From the NCBI GenBank assembly GCA_021741075.1, contig JAIOYO010000002.1:28848-92847 (forward strand): a stretch of 64,000 bases of DNA. Reading direction: 5' to 3'. Shown here piece by piece: positions 37,210 through 47,071 of this stretch. This DNA is from Flavobacteriales bacterium (lineage in GTDB: Bacteria > Bacteroidota > Bacteroidia > UBA10329). Below the pieces are notes generated by a model. It worked only from the letters and a program-made list of their open reading frames with translations. It ran no database searches and had not been told where the DNA came from. A program made the translations under genes and the position numbers. Within the stretch, counting starts at the first letter, position 1, and each line of letters opens with the position of its first letter.

Positions 37210-38836
37210 AAAAATGACAGCGTGGTCTAAGCAACGAGTCGAAAGATTCGCTTTAACCCTATTTGCAACAAGCATTTTGTTGTCCGCCATTGCCTATCCT
37301 ATTTGGTTAGGTAGTTCGGTTAATGATAAAGACAAGGCATTTACCGGTGTTGTAGGTCTTTATGCAGATGAATCGTTCTATTATCTTGCTTTAGGACCTG
37401 CAGAGATGACTGATAATCAAAGATTATTTGGTGAGGATAAATTTATGAGGTCTGATAAGGCAATGTTTATAAATCCTATTGGAAACTTCATTGCCTTACT
37501 GTCGCACGTAACCAGATGGGACAATACGACCTCTTTTTTCGTCTACCGAATTATTGCAGCCATATTACTTATGGTTAGTTTTTTGAGGCTCAGCCGCGCT
37601 TTTTTGAGCCAAAAGAAATTTCAGCTATTCGCGCTTCTAATTTTTGCTTTCGGTACTGGTTTAGACACGTGTGTTCCAGGTCTCAATGCTTGCTCTTGGT
37701 CAGTTACGGCACCAGAACTAAACACGTTTATCGCTTGCATTGGCGAGTATTACATTCCTACAGCAACCGCATTGTTTTTATTCTATATAGAGCGGTTATT
37801 GTCGCTCATGAATGCTCCTTGCCCACAGCGAAGAAATCTGCTATTAACTGGCTTGTTGCTGTTCCTCTTAGGGGCGGTGTATGTCTATTCTATGCTAATT
37901 GCCCTGCTAATTACAGCGTCACTACTGATTTATAAGCAAAAAAAACAACCTGCCAAAGGACACAGTTATTGGAAAATTGTAGGTTGGTTAATTCCATTTT
38001 CACTTATAGTCATTGTTTACTACGCTTGGGTATATTTCAACTTGAGTAACGCAGGGCAAGATGAAGGCTGGGTAGTTGGTCCAAGTTTGATGGAAACATT
38101 ACTGACTAATTTTTGGGTTGCCATTCCTGCATTGTTTTTAGTTGTTTTCAGCACAAATAATAATCGTGAGGACAAAGATTGGAAACCTCTTGCTATATGG
38201 GTTGCCACAACACTTCTCATTACCCGAATTCCTCCTCCTTATTTACCTTTTCAAGTTCAAGCTCATGTTGGTTTGTATGCGCCATTATGTTTAATGGCGG
38301 CCACGGGCTTACAAAAATGGTACAACAATAAAAGGCTTAGTCAATTTACCAAGCCGATAGTTCTGTCCCTAAGTATGTTACTACTGTTTTTCTCTGCACT
38401 TCCAAATTGGAACTTTTACGATAAAATGCTAACACGCGTTGAGCAAATGAATTACCCTGAATTTGCGGATAAAGATGAATTGGAAGCATTCAGTTGGATT
38501 CGCGATAATCTCCCTCAGACTGCAACTTTCGCGGTTGTACCTGAGCGAGCTCGCATGCTTGCCGGAACCACCGGATGCCGCGTGTTTTACCGAAACACTC
38601 CTTTTCATGAACTATCTGAAACCACAGAGGTTTTGGCAAATTGGTCAAAAGCGATTGAAAAAAATGACACAAACTGTCCAAGCAGTCTAACACAACATGC
38701 AATATCTCACGTTTTTGCCGAAAAAAAATTTCGCGTCAGTTATCTAGATTCGCTTGGAATAAAAAACATACCGTGTTCCAAAAGCATCTATTCTTCAGGA
38801 GAAGTTACTATTTGGGAGTTAACCAAGCAACCCTAA
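37187..38836 (+). CDS. polytopic integral membrane protein (possible GT-C-like transferase)
   Basis: 549 aa with about 12 TMs and a periplasmic-type C-terminal domain. Confidence 0.4.
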   Translation: MIGQTNIEKMTAWSKQRVERFALTLFATSILLSAIAYPIWLGSSVNDKDKAFTGVVGLYADESFYYLALGPAEMTDNQRLFGEDKFMRSDKAMFINPIGNFIALLSHVTRWDNTTSFFVYRIIAAILLMVSFLRLSRAFLSQKKFQLFALLIFAFGTGLDTCVPGLNACSWSVTAPELNTFIACIGEYYIPTATALFLFYIERLLSLMNAPCPQRRNLLLTGLLLFLLGAVYVYSMLIALLITASLLIYKQKKQPAKGHSYWKIVGWLIPFSLIVIVYYAWVYFNLSNAGQDEGWVVGPSLMETLLTNFWVAIPALFLVVFSTNNNREDKDWKPLAIWVATTLLITRIPPPYLPFQVQAHVGLYAPLCLMAATGLQKWYNNKRLSQFTKPIVLSLSMLLLFFSALPNWNFYDKMLTRVEQMNYPEFADKDELEAFSWIRDNLPQTATFAVVPERARMLAGTTGCRVFYRNTPFHELSETTEVLANWSKAIEKNDTNCPSSLTQHAISHVFAEKKFRVSYLDSLGIKNIPCSKSIYSSGEVTIWELTKQP

Positions 38837-38908
38837 TTTTTTCGTCTTCTTCTATTTGAGCCTTTATAGATTTGACATTGGGAACCACCAGTTTCCTACC
38901 TTCTATCT

Positions 38909-40438
38909 TTGTGGTACATAGCCGAAATGTCCGTCAATCAAGAAATCAGTCGATTATTTGAAATTCCGGGTTTAAATCCTGACCGTATAATGTTTAAATA
39001 TGTTAGGCGCGGTGCTGTACAATCGATTACTGGATTGGAAATTGATTCGCGTTCGACTTATTTAGCCTACCAACTCGTTGATGCCGGAATTGAGACTGGA
39101 GATAGAATAATTAGCTTTGTTAAAGACTTGCCCACTTGGAATATTGTCGAATGTGCTGTGCTAAAGTCAGGAGCCATTCACGTCCCGTTGCCAGTGTCCG
39201 TTTCCGAAAACAGACTACTGTCAGTGATAAGCATGGTCCGACCAGTGAAAATCTTGGTCGATTCTGCTGTTCAATTAAGGAGAATTCGTTCAGCATGTTC
39301 GTCATTGCTTGATGCGAATTCTATTTGGTTGGTTCACGAATTAGAGGAAATCGAGAAATCCGAATCCCTTGTAACTGAATTAAACCAACGCATAAACCGC
39401 GTAAAACCACAGAACACGGCCGTCATCCTGTTCACATCTGGAAGCACTGGCGCCTCAAAAGGGGTAATGCTGAGCCATAGAAACATATTGGTTGCTGCAG
39501 AAGAGTTCAGCAAAACAGACGTTTTTCAGGGTATTGACAAGAGCTTAAGTGTTCTTCCCATGAGTCATAGTGCGGCTAGGAAGGTAAATTACGCATGTCA
39601 ACTGAAGGGGATAACCATTTGTTATTCTGCCACAACGATTTCCTTGCTTAAAAACCTCCAATTATTTGAAGTACAGCATGTTGCGCTAGTTCCGTTTCTC
39701 CTTCAAAAACTAAAAAACGAATTAGGAAAAAGCGCTCTCTCAACTCATGAACTTAAAACCATAACCTGCGGTGGCGCTCCTTTATCTGCCGGTCTATGGC
39801 ATTGGTTTGAAAACCTTGGCGTGAACATTTTTGAAGTTTACGGGCTTACCGAAACGGCCTCTCTGCTCACTTACAGCACAAACAAAGTTAGGCGGCCAAA
39901 TTGTGTTGGAATAAAGGCAAAAAATATTGAGATTAGAATAACAGAAAAAAGCGAGCTGGAAGTTAAAGGCCCAACTTTACTTCAAGCATATATGCTCAGC
40001 GATGGGTCAGTCCTAGATGCACTGAATGATAGCGGTTGGTTCAATACTGGCGATAATGTCTCCATAAGTGAGGATGGAGGTGTTCAGGTTACAGGTAGAA
40101 CAACACGCAGTTACAAAACTGAGCGTGGAAATTTTCTCCACCCAGAAGACATTGAGCGTTCGCTAGTGTCTTTATCAGGTGTAGAGGAAGCCTATTTAAT
40201 CGATGATTCGTTGAAGCCGTTGAAGGTAGTACTAGTGACTTCCGAAGCAGTGCCTATTGATTACATTCACAAACAGATAAGGCAATACAACCACGGAAAA
40301 ACAGAAGACCTACAAATAGATTCTTTCTCCGTTTTGAACTCGAATTCCATCAGGAAATTCCGAAAAATAGGGGAGATGAAACTGGAGAAACATACCTTCA
40401 CAAAAATGATGAGGAATCAAAAGTTCACCAAAATTTGA
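38909..40438 (+). CDS. AMP-dependent synthetase/ligase (acyl-AMP/acyl-ACP ligase-like)
   Basis: ILFTSGSTGASKGVMLSHRN (AMP-binding motif I) and downstream YGLTE / GWFNTGD motifs. Confidence 0.75.
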   Translation: MWYIAEMSVNQEISRLFEIPGLNPDRIMFKYVRRGAVQSITGLEIDSRSTYLAYQLVDAGIETGDRIISFVKDLPTWNIVECAVLKSGAIHVPLPVSVSENRLLSVISMVRPVKILVDSAVQLRRIRSACSSLLDANSIWLVHELEEIEKSESLVTELNQRINRVKPQNTAVILFTSGSTGASKGVMLSHRNILVAAEEFSKTDVFQGIDKSLSVLPMSHSAARKVNYACQLKGITICYSATTISLLKNLQLFEVQHVALVPFLLQKLKNELGKSALSTHELKTITCGGAPLSAGLWHWFENLGVNIFEVYGLTETASLLTYSTNKVRRPNCVGIKAKNIEIRITEKSELEVKGPTLLQAYMLSDGSVLDALNDSGWFNTGDNVSISEDGGVQVTGRTTRSYKTERGNFLHPEDIERSLVSLSGVEEAYLIDDSLKPLKVVLVTSEAVPIDYIHKQIRQYNHGKTEDLQIDSFSVLNSNSIRKFRKIGEMKLEKHTFTKMMRNQKFTKI

Positions 40439-40680
40439 ATTGCCCTTTGGAATTAACGCGTTTCATAGCATTACTAGCTTCAGAGTTTGACGATTTGGAC
40501 CCCAACATCATTGGGTCAGACAGTGTTTACAAGGAAGTGATCGAGTGGAACTCCATTAACTCGGTGGTGCTGTCCGTGATTATAGAGGCTGAGTTTGGGG
40601 TTTTACTTGAAAAGGAAGATTACCAGAAGGCCGTTACCGTTGCTGAATTACTTGAGTTGATTCAAACAAAAAGTGATTGA
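40435..40680 (+). CDS. acyl carrier protein-like (phosphopantetheine-binding)
   Basis: 81 aa, acidic, four-helix pattern. Candidate attachment Ser in IEWNSINSV. Coupled by a 4-nt overlap to the ligase. Confidence 0.5.
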   Translation: MNCPLELTRFIALLASEFDDLDPNIIGSDSVYKEVIEWNSINSVVLSVIIEAEFGVLLEKEDYQKAVTVAELLELIQTKSD

Positions 40681-40686
40681 AACTAA

Positions 40687-41709
40687 ATGGATAACGTTCG
40701 AATTGTCAGTATTGGGGCGGCCGTTCCTCAGAAAAAACTTCTGAGCTCTCAGGTTTCTTTCGAATCTGATGAAACAAGAAGTCAGTTTATCCGACAAGTT
40801 GGCGTTACAGAAAAGCGTTACTCACAAAACCGGCTTACAGCAGGAGACCTGTGCTTCTCGGCAGCACAAAAGTTGCTCACCGAGGTTGCATGGGATCCTT
40901 CTACAATTGGAGTTGTAATACTAGTCACGCAGTCGCCCGACAGACTTATGCCTGCAACGGCCATCTTATTGCAGGAAAAATTAGGATTGCCTTCTTCGTG
41001 CTTGGCGTTCGACATTAACTTAGGTTGCTCTGGTTGGGTATATGGGCTATCTGTGGTTAGTTCGCTAATGCAAACACTAAAAATTGACCGAGGTTTGCTG
41101 TTGGCTGGCGAAACGGCAGTGCTCGCTTCTGAAGATGATACAAGCTATTTCCCACTCATGGGTGATGCAGGAACCGCTACCGTTTTGGAACTGTCTATGC
41201 ATTCCGAACCTATGGTTTTCCAGTTCTACTCTGACGGAAGCCAGTTTGAGGCCATACATGCCCCCAACAGTGGTGCTCGCCATTTTGCAGATGGCGGAAC
41301 AGAAGCCGCCCAAAAGTACCGAGCTCAAATGGATGCGGATCAGGTATTGCGCTTTTGCTTGCGCGATGTGGTGCCAAACATACATTCCTTCTTGAACCAG
41401 CTGAATGTTACAGTTCAAGAAATAGATTACTTCGTATTCCATCAGGCCAACAAGCTCATTAACGAAGCTATGCGCAAAAAACTTAACATCCCAGAGGAAA
41501 AGTTTCCCTACTCTATTGGTCAATTTGGTAATACCTCATCTGCATCTATTCCACTTACCATGGTAACGCAGCTTCGCGAGCAAATGGCACATAAACAAAC
41601 GTTGCTTTGCTCTGGCTTCGGAGTTGGGCTTTCTATGGGACACGTGCTATTACACACAGAGAACATTATTTGCCATCCAATAATAGAGGTCGCAATTCCT
41701 GAAAAATGA
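40687..41709 (+). CDS. 3-oxoacyl-ACP synthase III (FabH/KAS III family)
   Basis: AFDINLGCSGWVYGL (active-site Cys) ... HQANKLIN (His) ... GNTSSASIP (Asn). These are the FabH Cys-His-Asn triad motifs. Confidence 0.75.
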   Translation: MDNVRIVSIGAAVPQKKLLSSQVSFESDETRSQFIRQVGVTEKRYSQNRLTAGDLCFSAAQKLLTEVAWDPSTIGVVILVTQSPDRLMPATAILLQEKLGLPSSCLAFDINLGCSGWVYGLSVVSSLMQTLKIDRGLLLAGETAVLASEDDTSYFPLMGDAGTATVLELSMHSEPMVFQFYSDGSQFEAIHAPNSGARHFADGGTEAAQKYRAQMDADQVLRFCLRDVVPNIHSFLNQLNVTVQEIDYFVFHQANKLINEAMRKKLNIPEEKFPYSIGQFGNTSSASIPLTMVTQLREQMAHKQTLLCSGFGVGLSMGHVLLHTENIICHPIIEVAIPEK

Positions 41710-42266
41710 AAATAAGTCACGGAAATACCGTACTCCGCAGCCTTGAAAACAAAGACCTTGAACGTGTGCGAAGCTGGCGCAATAACGAATCCGTAAACCA
41801 GCACCTTCTGAACAGGGAATACATCTCTATAGAGGCGCAGGCAAAGTGGTTCGAAAATATTGATGCTGAAACATCCCTTTATTGTATTGCAGAGGAAAGT
41901 GGCGTTCCTTTCGGATTGATTTACGCAACTGAAATAAACAAGGGAAAACGAACTTTTTGGGGAAACGTCTTAGTCGGGGAGCCTGCGTTTCGTAGCTCTG
42001 CTTTGCCTGTAAAGGCAGTGGTTATGCTCATGTGGTACTTTTTAGAAAATTTGGGGTTTGAAACCTGTTTTTCCAAGGTTGCGACTAGCAACTCTTCGGC
42101 ATTGCAACTAAATCAGCGACTCGGTTTTTTAACATTCAAAAAAGAAGGCGGCCTTTCGATTCAACGTTGTGAACGAGCACTGTACCATTCCAAGGCAGCA
42201 CGATTCTGGAAACCCCTGCTCGCCCACCATCAAATACGAGTATTTCAATCTGAACTTGATTTATGA
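41706..42266 (+). CDS. GNAT-family N-acyltransferase
   Basis: 186 aa with RimL/WecD-like GNAT fold pattern (..QLNQRLGF.. acyl-CoA binding motif A region). Confidence 0.55.
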   Translation: MKISHGNTVLRSLENKDLERVRSWRNNESVNQHLLNREYISIEAQAKWFENIDAETSLYCIAEESGVPFGLIYATEINKGKRTFWGNVLVGEPAFRSSALPVKAVVMLMWYFLENLGFETCFSKVATSNSSALQLNQRLGFLTFKKEGGLSIQRCERALYHSKAARFWKPLLAHHQIRVFQSELDL

Positions 42267-45200
42267 TGAGACCATTCTTTTTTCTGGTAGGGATAACGGT
42301 ACTATTTGTGTCTTGCGGCACACTACCGAATAAAAAGACCAAAGGGCCAATGTTTGAAGCTCTTTCCCCTCAGCAATCTGGTATTTTCTTTTCGAACGTG
42401 CTAGACGATACGCGCAGCATTCCTTCTGGGGCAGATTCATTAATGGAAAACCTCCCGTGGGGGATTAATGAGCTTATGTATAACTATGCTGGCGGGGGTG
42501 TTTCTGTAGCTGATATTAACAACAATGGGCTACCAGATATTTTCTTCACCAGCAATCAAGGAGAAGGAGCTCTTTACCTGAATTTGGGCGATTTTCGCTT
42601 CCAAGACATAACAAAGGAGTCCGGTTTAACATATCCTGCTGCGTGGGTTACAGGAACAGTGATGGCCGATGTAAATGGTGACGGCTTTATGGACATTTAT
42701 GTGTGTAGAGCGGGTAAGAAACCAATGTCAAACACCAGTAATCTTCTGTTTATCAATAACGGTAATCTAACATTTACTGAGCGAGCTGCCGAATATGGTC
42801 TCAACGATATTGGTCTGACTACAAGCGCCTCATTCTTCGACATGGATTTAGACGGAGATTTGGACGTCTATGTTTTGAACCAGCCTATTTTCGGTGAAGA
42901 AGACCCCACTAGTTTTCAATTTGAAATTTTACTTCCGCATGATTCATTAAGTGCCGACCGTCTTTATGAGAATGTTGGAAATCGATTTGTTGATGTGACG
43001 TTCCAAGCTGGACTACCGGTCGAAAAGGGCTCTGGTTTGGGCATCACCATATCAGATTTAGATATGGATGGCCTTCCAGACATTTTTGTGGCAAACGATT
43101 GGATTACGAATGATTTCGTTTACATCAATCAGGGTAACGGCAAATTTGAGAATCAGTGTGAAGAACTACTGCCACGAAATAGTTTTTTCAGCATGGGATG
43201 TGACATTGCAGATGTAGACAACAACGGCCGCCCAGATGTATTTGTATGCGATATGGCTCCGTATTCGCATTACAGAAGAAACATGATTCTTAACGGTGCA
43301 CCACAAGAGTATTATCAATTGCAAAAACGGTATAAAGGAGTAATGCAGTATAGTCGTAACATGCTTCATCTCAATTACCAAGGAGGTTTTCAGGAAACAG
43401 GAAATATGCACGGAATAGCACGCACAGATTGGAGCTGGAGCCCCCTTCTTGTGGATTTGGATAATGATGGTCTGAAAGACCTTTTCGTTACCAACGGCAT
43501 GAAACGAGATGTTGGAAATATGGACTTTGAAATGCTGATGTATGCGGACCTTGAAGGCGAGAGTTATAAAAGAGAGCGTGCCGAGCTAGTAAAAAACTAC
43601 CCGGTTTACAGGCTCCCCAATAGGGCCTTCCGCAACAATAGTGCTGGTCGCTGGATAGATGTGACAGATTCGTGGGGATTTGGCGGCCCTTTGAATACAC
43701 AAGGATCCGCTTATGCCGACCTAGACCTTGACGGAAACATCGACCTGATTTTGAATCCAACGGACAGTGTAGCACGCATTTACAAAAACCACGGAGATGA
43801 GAACAACCATCTGTCCATCAAAATACTAGGAGCAGGAAAAAACACATTAGGGCTAGGAACTAAAGTTTGGCTATTCAACAACGGAGAAACACATTTTTGT
43901 GAGCTTTCTAATGCACGCGGGTTTCAATCGTCTTCAGAACCCATTATTCATTTCGGGGTGGGAAAAGCTACTCTTATTGACAGTATTCGTGTGGTTTTTC
44001 CTTTGGGGTCTTATCAGGTATTGAAAAACGTACCTGTCCAGCAACGGATTACACTTACGGAAAATGGTTCAAACCCTCAACATTTGATTCCACTGGAAGA
44101 CGCAAATGATACTTGGTCAAACGCTACACACCGAATTATACCTGCTTTTAAACATAATCAACCCGACTTTTTTGACTTTGCTAGAGATAAGACTGCGTTT
44201 AGAATGTTTTCCCGTGAGGGACCGGCACTTGTGGTTGCAGACGTAAATGGCGACCTCCGCCAAGACTTTTTTGTAGGCGGCCAAGCCGGACAGCCATCAA
44301 GAATTTACATCCAAACTACATCGGGAGAATTCTTGTTGTCTAACCAACCAGAAATTGAAGCCGATAGCACATCGGCTGACGTAGACGCGGTTATTGTAGA
44401 CCTTAATGCAGACGGTTATCCCGATCTCTACGTGGCTAGTGGAAGTAACCTGTTCCCTATTAGTGACGAGCGCTACCTTGACCGGCTTTATTTGAACAAT
44501 GGCAAGGGTCAGTTTAAACGGTGCAAAGACTGCTTAGAAGACATCCGTGTAAGTTCGGGATGTGTTGCTGCTCATGACGTGGATGATGACGGAATTCCTG
44601 AATTATTTGTAGGAGGTAGGGTAGTTCCTGGGACAGAAGGAATCATTCCCGAAAGCTACTTGCTTCAAAATTCAAACGGACGTTTTAGCTCAACTAGTAA
44701 TACGATTATTAAGAATCTACCAAGTGTTGGAATGGTAACTGACGCAATTTGGCATGACCTCAATACTGACGGAGAAAAAGAACTCATTGTGACATGTGAG
44801 TGGGAATCGCCAAAAGTGTACAAGTGGTCAAAAAATGTCTTCACAGAGTCCGCGGCTGAATTCGGCATAAATCTGCCAAACGGACTGTGGACGAGTATTT
44901 CCGTTTGCGATGCAAATGCCGATGGTAAACAAGACCTCTTGTTTGGAAATTGGGGGCTTAACTCCATCCTGACCGCAGACGTAAAGAAACCACTAAAGCT
45001 CTTAATCAACGATTTTGACGGAAACGGAAAGCAAGAGCCACTGTTATGCATCTATTTGAACGACACCTTAGACTCGTTCCTCGGGAGAAACGAAATCTGT
45101 GGAGCAATGCCGCAATTCTGGAGAAAGTACAACACCTACCAAAGTTTTGCGACCACACCACTAACTAATAAGTTTGGATTGGCGACAATTGATAATTCTG

Positions 45201-45574
45201 AGTATCGAACTGTAAATGAACTCCAATCTACCCTTATGATGAACAGTGAGTCTGGCAAATACACACAAAAATCATTGCCTTTTGGTTGTCAAGCAGCTTC
45301 AATTAATGCAGCTATTACGTTAAATGGCGACAAACGCCCTATTCTATTCGGAGGTAACGAAAGTTTGCATTATACCGAGGGAGCAATTGATGCGCTCGGG
45401 GTTCGACTTCTCAGCTTGTCTGAATCAAATATCTTGCAAATACAGTCACCTAAACTAGGCGAGTTATTTCCATTATTCCGCAATGTGAGTAGCGCAGAAA
45501 TTATTTCCATTAATGGGGAGGAGTTCATTCTTGTCGCACGGCCATCAAATGAGTTGTTACTAGTAAAGCCTTGA
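42263..45574 (+). CDS. CRTAC1-family lipoprotein: multiple FG-GAP/VCBS repeats plus ASPIC/UnbV domain
   Basis: Lipobox VLFVSCGT. Many D-x-N-x-DG-x-x-D loops (DINNNGLPDIF, DVNGDGFMDIY, DMDLDGDLDVY ...) and a central UnbV_ASPIC-like segment (GLGTKVWLFNNGETHFCE...). Paralog of 14593..16989. Confidence 0.65.
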   Translation: MMRPFFFLVGITVLFVSCGTLPNKKTKGPMFEALSPQQSGIFFSNVLDDTRSIPSGADSLMENLPWGINELMYNYAGGGVSVADINNNGLPDIFFTSNQGEGALYLNLGDFRFQDITKESGLTYPAAWVTGTVMADVNGDGFMDIYVCRAGKKPMSNTSNLLFINNGNLTFTERAAEYGLNDIGLTTSASFFDMDLDGDLDVYVLNQPIFGEEDPTSFQFEILLPHDSLSADRLYENVGNRFVDVTFQAGLPVEKGSGLGITISDLDMDGLPDIFVANDWITNDFVYINQGNGKFENQCEELLPRNSFFSMGCDIADVDNNGRPDVFVCDMAPYSHYRRNMILNGAPQEYYQLQKRYKGVMQYSRNMLHLNYQGGFQETGNMHGIARTDWSWSPLLVDLDNDGLKDLFVTNGMKRDVGNMDFEMLMYADLEGESYKRERAELVKNYPVYRLPNRAFRNNSAGRWIDVTDSWGFGGPLNTQGSAYADLDLDGNIDLILNPTDSVARIYKNHGDENNHLSIKILGAGKNTLGLGTKVWLFNNGETHFCELSNARGFQSSSEPIIHFGVGKATLIDSIRVVFPLGSYQVLKNVPVQQRITLTENGSNPQHLIPLEDANDTWSNATHRIIPAFKHNQPDFFDFARDKTAFRMFSREGPALVVADVNGDLRQDFFVGGQAGQPSRIYIQTTSGEFLLSNQPEIEADSTSADVDAVIVDLNADGYPDLYVASGSNLFPISDERYLDRLYLNNGKGQFKRCKDCLEDIRVSSGCVAAHDVDDDGIPELFVGGRVVPGTEGIIPESYLLQNSNGRFSSTSNTIIKNLPSVGMVTDAIWHDLNTDGEKELIVTCEWESPKVYKWSKNVFTESAAEFGINLPNGLWTSISVCDANADGKQDLLFGNWGLNSILTADVKKPLKLLINDFDGNGKQEPLLCIYLNDTLDSFLGRNEICGAMPQFWRKYNTYQSFATTPLTNKFGLATIDNSEYRTVNELQSTLMMNSESGKYTQKSLPFGCQAASINAAITLNGDKRPILFGGNESLHYTEGAIDALGVRLLSLSESNILQIQSPKLGELFPLFRNVSSAEIISINGEEFILVARPSNELLLVKP

Positions 45575-45578
45575 GTTT

Positions 45579-46931
45579 TTACTCAGCCGCAACAAGCCGT
45601 TTAAGCACGTGTTGACCAATCTTTTTTCCTTGTGCGATGCCGTCATCATTAGAAAAACGATAATGAATTCCACCGTATAGACGGCTGTTTGCCACTTCGT
45701 CTGAAGCCTCTTTAAAACTACCGAATGACCTAGGCGTTTTGCCGAAAGGAACCTCAAGGCTATCGGTGAATGCATAATTATTTCCAAAAAATTCAGTTAA
45801 AACCGTGGATGCTGCAGCAGAAATAGCGCTGTGTCCGCTAGTGTAGTCTGGAAAATGTGGGGTTTCAAGCAATGGTCTCCACTTAGGATCTATGTATCTG
45901 TTTATATACGTCTCTGGCCGTATCAATTGATAATGGTATTTGGTGTCCCACACGGAAATAAATCCATCGTGAAGCGCAATAGCCGTTATGGCGGTCCTAA
46001 ATGAGCTTTCGTGAAGGTCTAAGTTCTGTACTGTGCAAGCATTTCGAACCAAACCTATCCAGTGAGCCCCTGGGCTCATTTGCCGAACGGCCCTAATGGC
46101 ATGACCATCCCTCTTAGTGAGATATGGATTGCAATCCCAAAAATTCGCAATCTCCCGCTGTTCTAGCGTCAGTGTTTCAACTGTTTGTTGTACCTCTTTG
46201 GCGTAGTTATAGAATTCCGAACTTGAATCCGCGGAAAAAGTCACCCGAAAATCTGGTCTGTAAACCGAAGGTGAGTCCAATACGAAAGACCTAATCTTAT
46301 GCCACCAAGGGTCTAAGGCTTCGGAATACTTGGGTGGTGTTGGTTCCCATGCCCATGGCTCGTTTATAGTTACATACCGTGGCAGTGCTCGCATCTCAGC
46401 GAAACCATCTGCACGCATCCATTTAAGCAAATGCTCTTCTAGTTTACGGCATATTTCCATGGTGTATTCCACCTTATGGTTGCCGTATAAAGAACTAATT
46501 GAATCTGTGAAATGGGCGCTTAATTCATCTATCAATTGTGGATGAAAAACCCCCTCTCTCGCTAAAGAACAGAAAGCGTGTATTACCGCTAGTTCTACCA
46601 CATAATTGCTTGTATCCACATCCAAATCTGGAACACCATAGCCATTCAATCTTCCTGAAAAACCATTGTACTTGTTCTGCTTAATTGCAGTTGCTTCAAA
46701 GGCGGCTATGTTCGCATAAGCAAAGCACCTAGCTGCAGCAGGTGGCGAAAGGGTTCCAGCTATGGTTGCCTCGGTAAGCCGATGGTTTATTCGATTCAAA
46801 AGTTCATTGTTGCGTTTATTTGACTCCATCAACGAACCCACCTTGTGGTCACACCCATTGTGCGTCAAGGCCAAAAGCAGCAGACCAATCGAGATGAACG
46901 TTTTGTTGAGGGCTTGGATAAATTCAATCAT
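45579..46931 (-). CDS. PAP2-superfamily protein, vanadium-dependent haloperoxidase-like
   Basis: Three PAP2/V-HPO motifs in order: KYHYQLIRP (KxxxxxxRP), PDYTSGHS (PSGH), SRLYGGIHYRFSND (SRxxxGxH...D), preceded by a helical N-terminal domain of about 280 aa. Lipoprotein signal. Confidence 0.5.
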   Translation of the reverse strand: MIEFIQALNKTFISIGLLLLALTHNGCDHKVGSLMESNKRNNELLNRINHRLTEATIAGTLSPPAAARCFAYANIAAFEATAIKQNKYNGFSGRLNGYGVPDLDVDTSNYVVELAVIHAFCSLAREGVFHPQLIDELSAHFTDSISSLYGNHKVEYTMEICRKLEEHLLKWMRADGFAEMRALPRYVTINEPWAWEPTPPKYSEALDPWWHKIRSFVLDSPSVYRPDFRVTFSADSSSEFYNYAKEVQQTVETLTLEQREIANFWDCNPYLTKRDGHAIRAVRQMSPGAHWIGLVRNACTVQNLDLHESSFRTAITAIALHDGFISVWDTKYHYQLIRPETYINRYIDPKWRPLLETPHFPDYTSGHSAISAAASTVLTEFFGNNYAFTDSLEVPFGKTPRSFGSFKEASDEVANSRLYGGIHYRFSNDDGIAQGKKIGQHVLKRLVAAE

Positions 46932-47071
46932 GTTTTGTAAATGTAAGTGAATGGATTGAATAATTTCGCAATGGCTTTCCTGTGATTAAGCCAAAGAACA
47001 ACAACATTTTACTTCTTCCTTTGAGGCTTCATTCTCTAAAAATTTAATTCTTTCTTACATATCTAACCATC

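Noticed and set aside
45575-45578. Possible intrinsic terminator between convergent genes 42263..45574 and 45579..46931
   Set aside because: Only 4 bp separate the two stop codons, with no room for a hairpin. Any terminator would lie inside the coding sequences and cannot be called from sequence alone.
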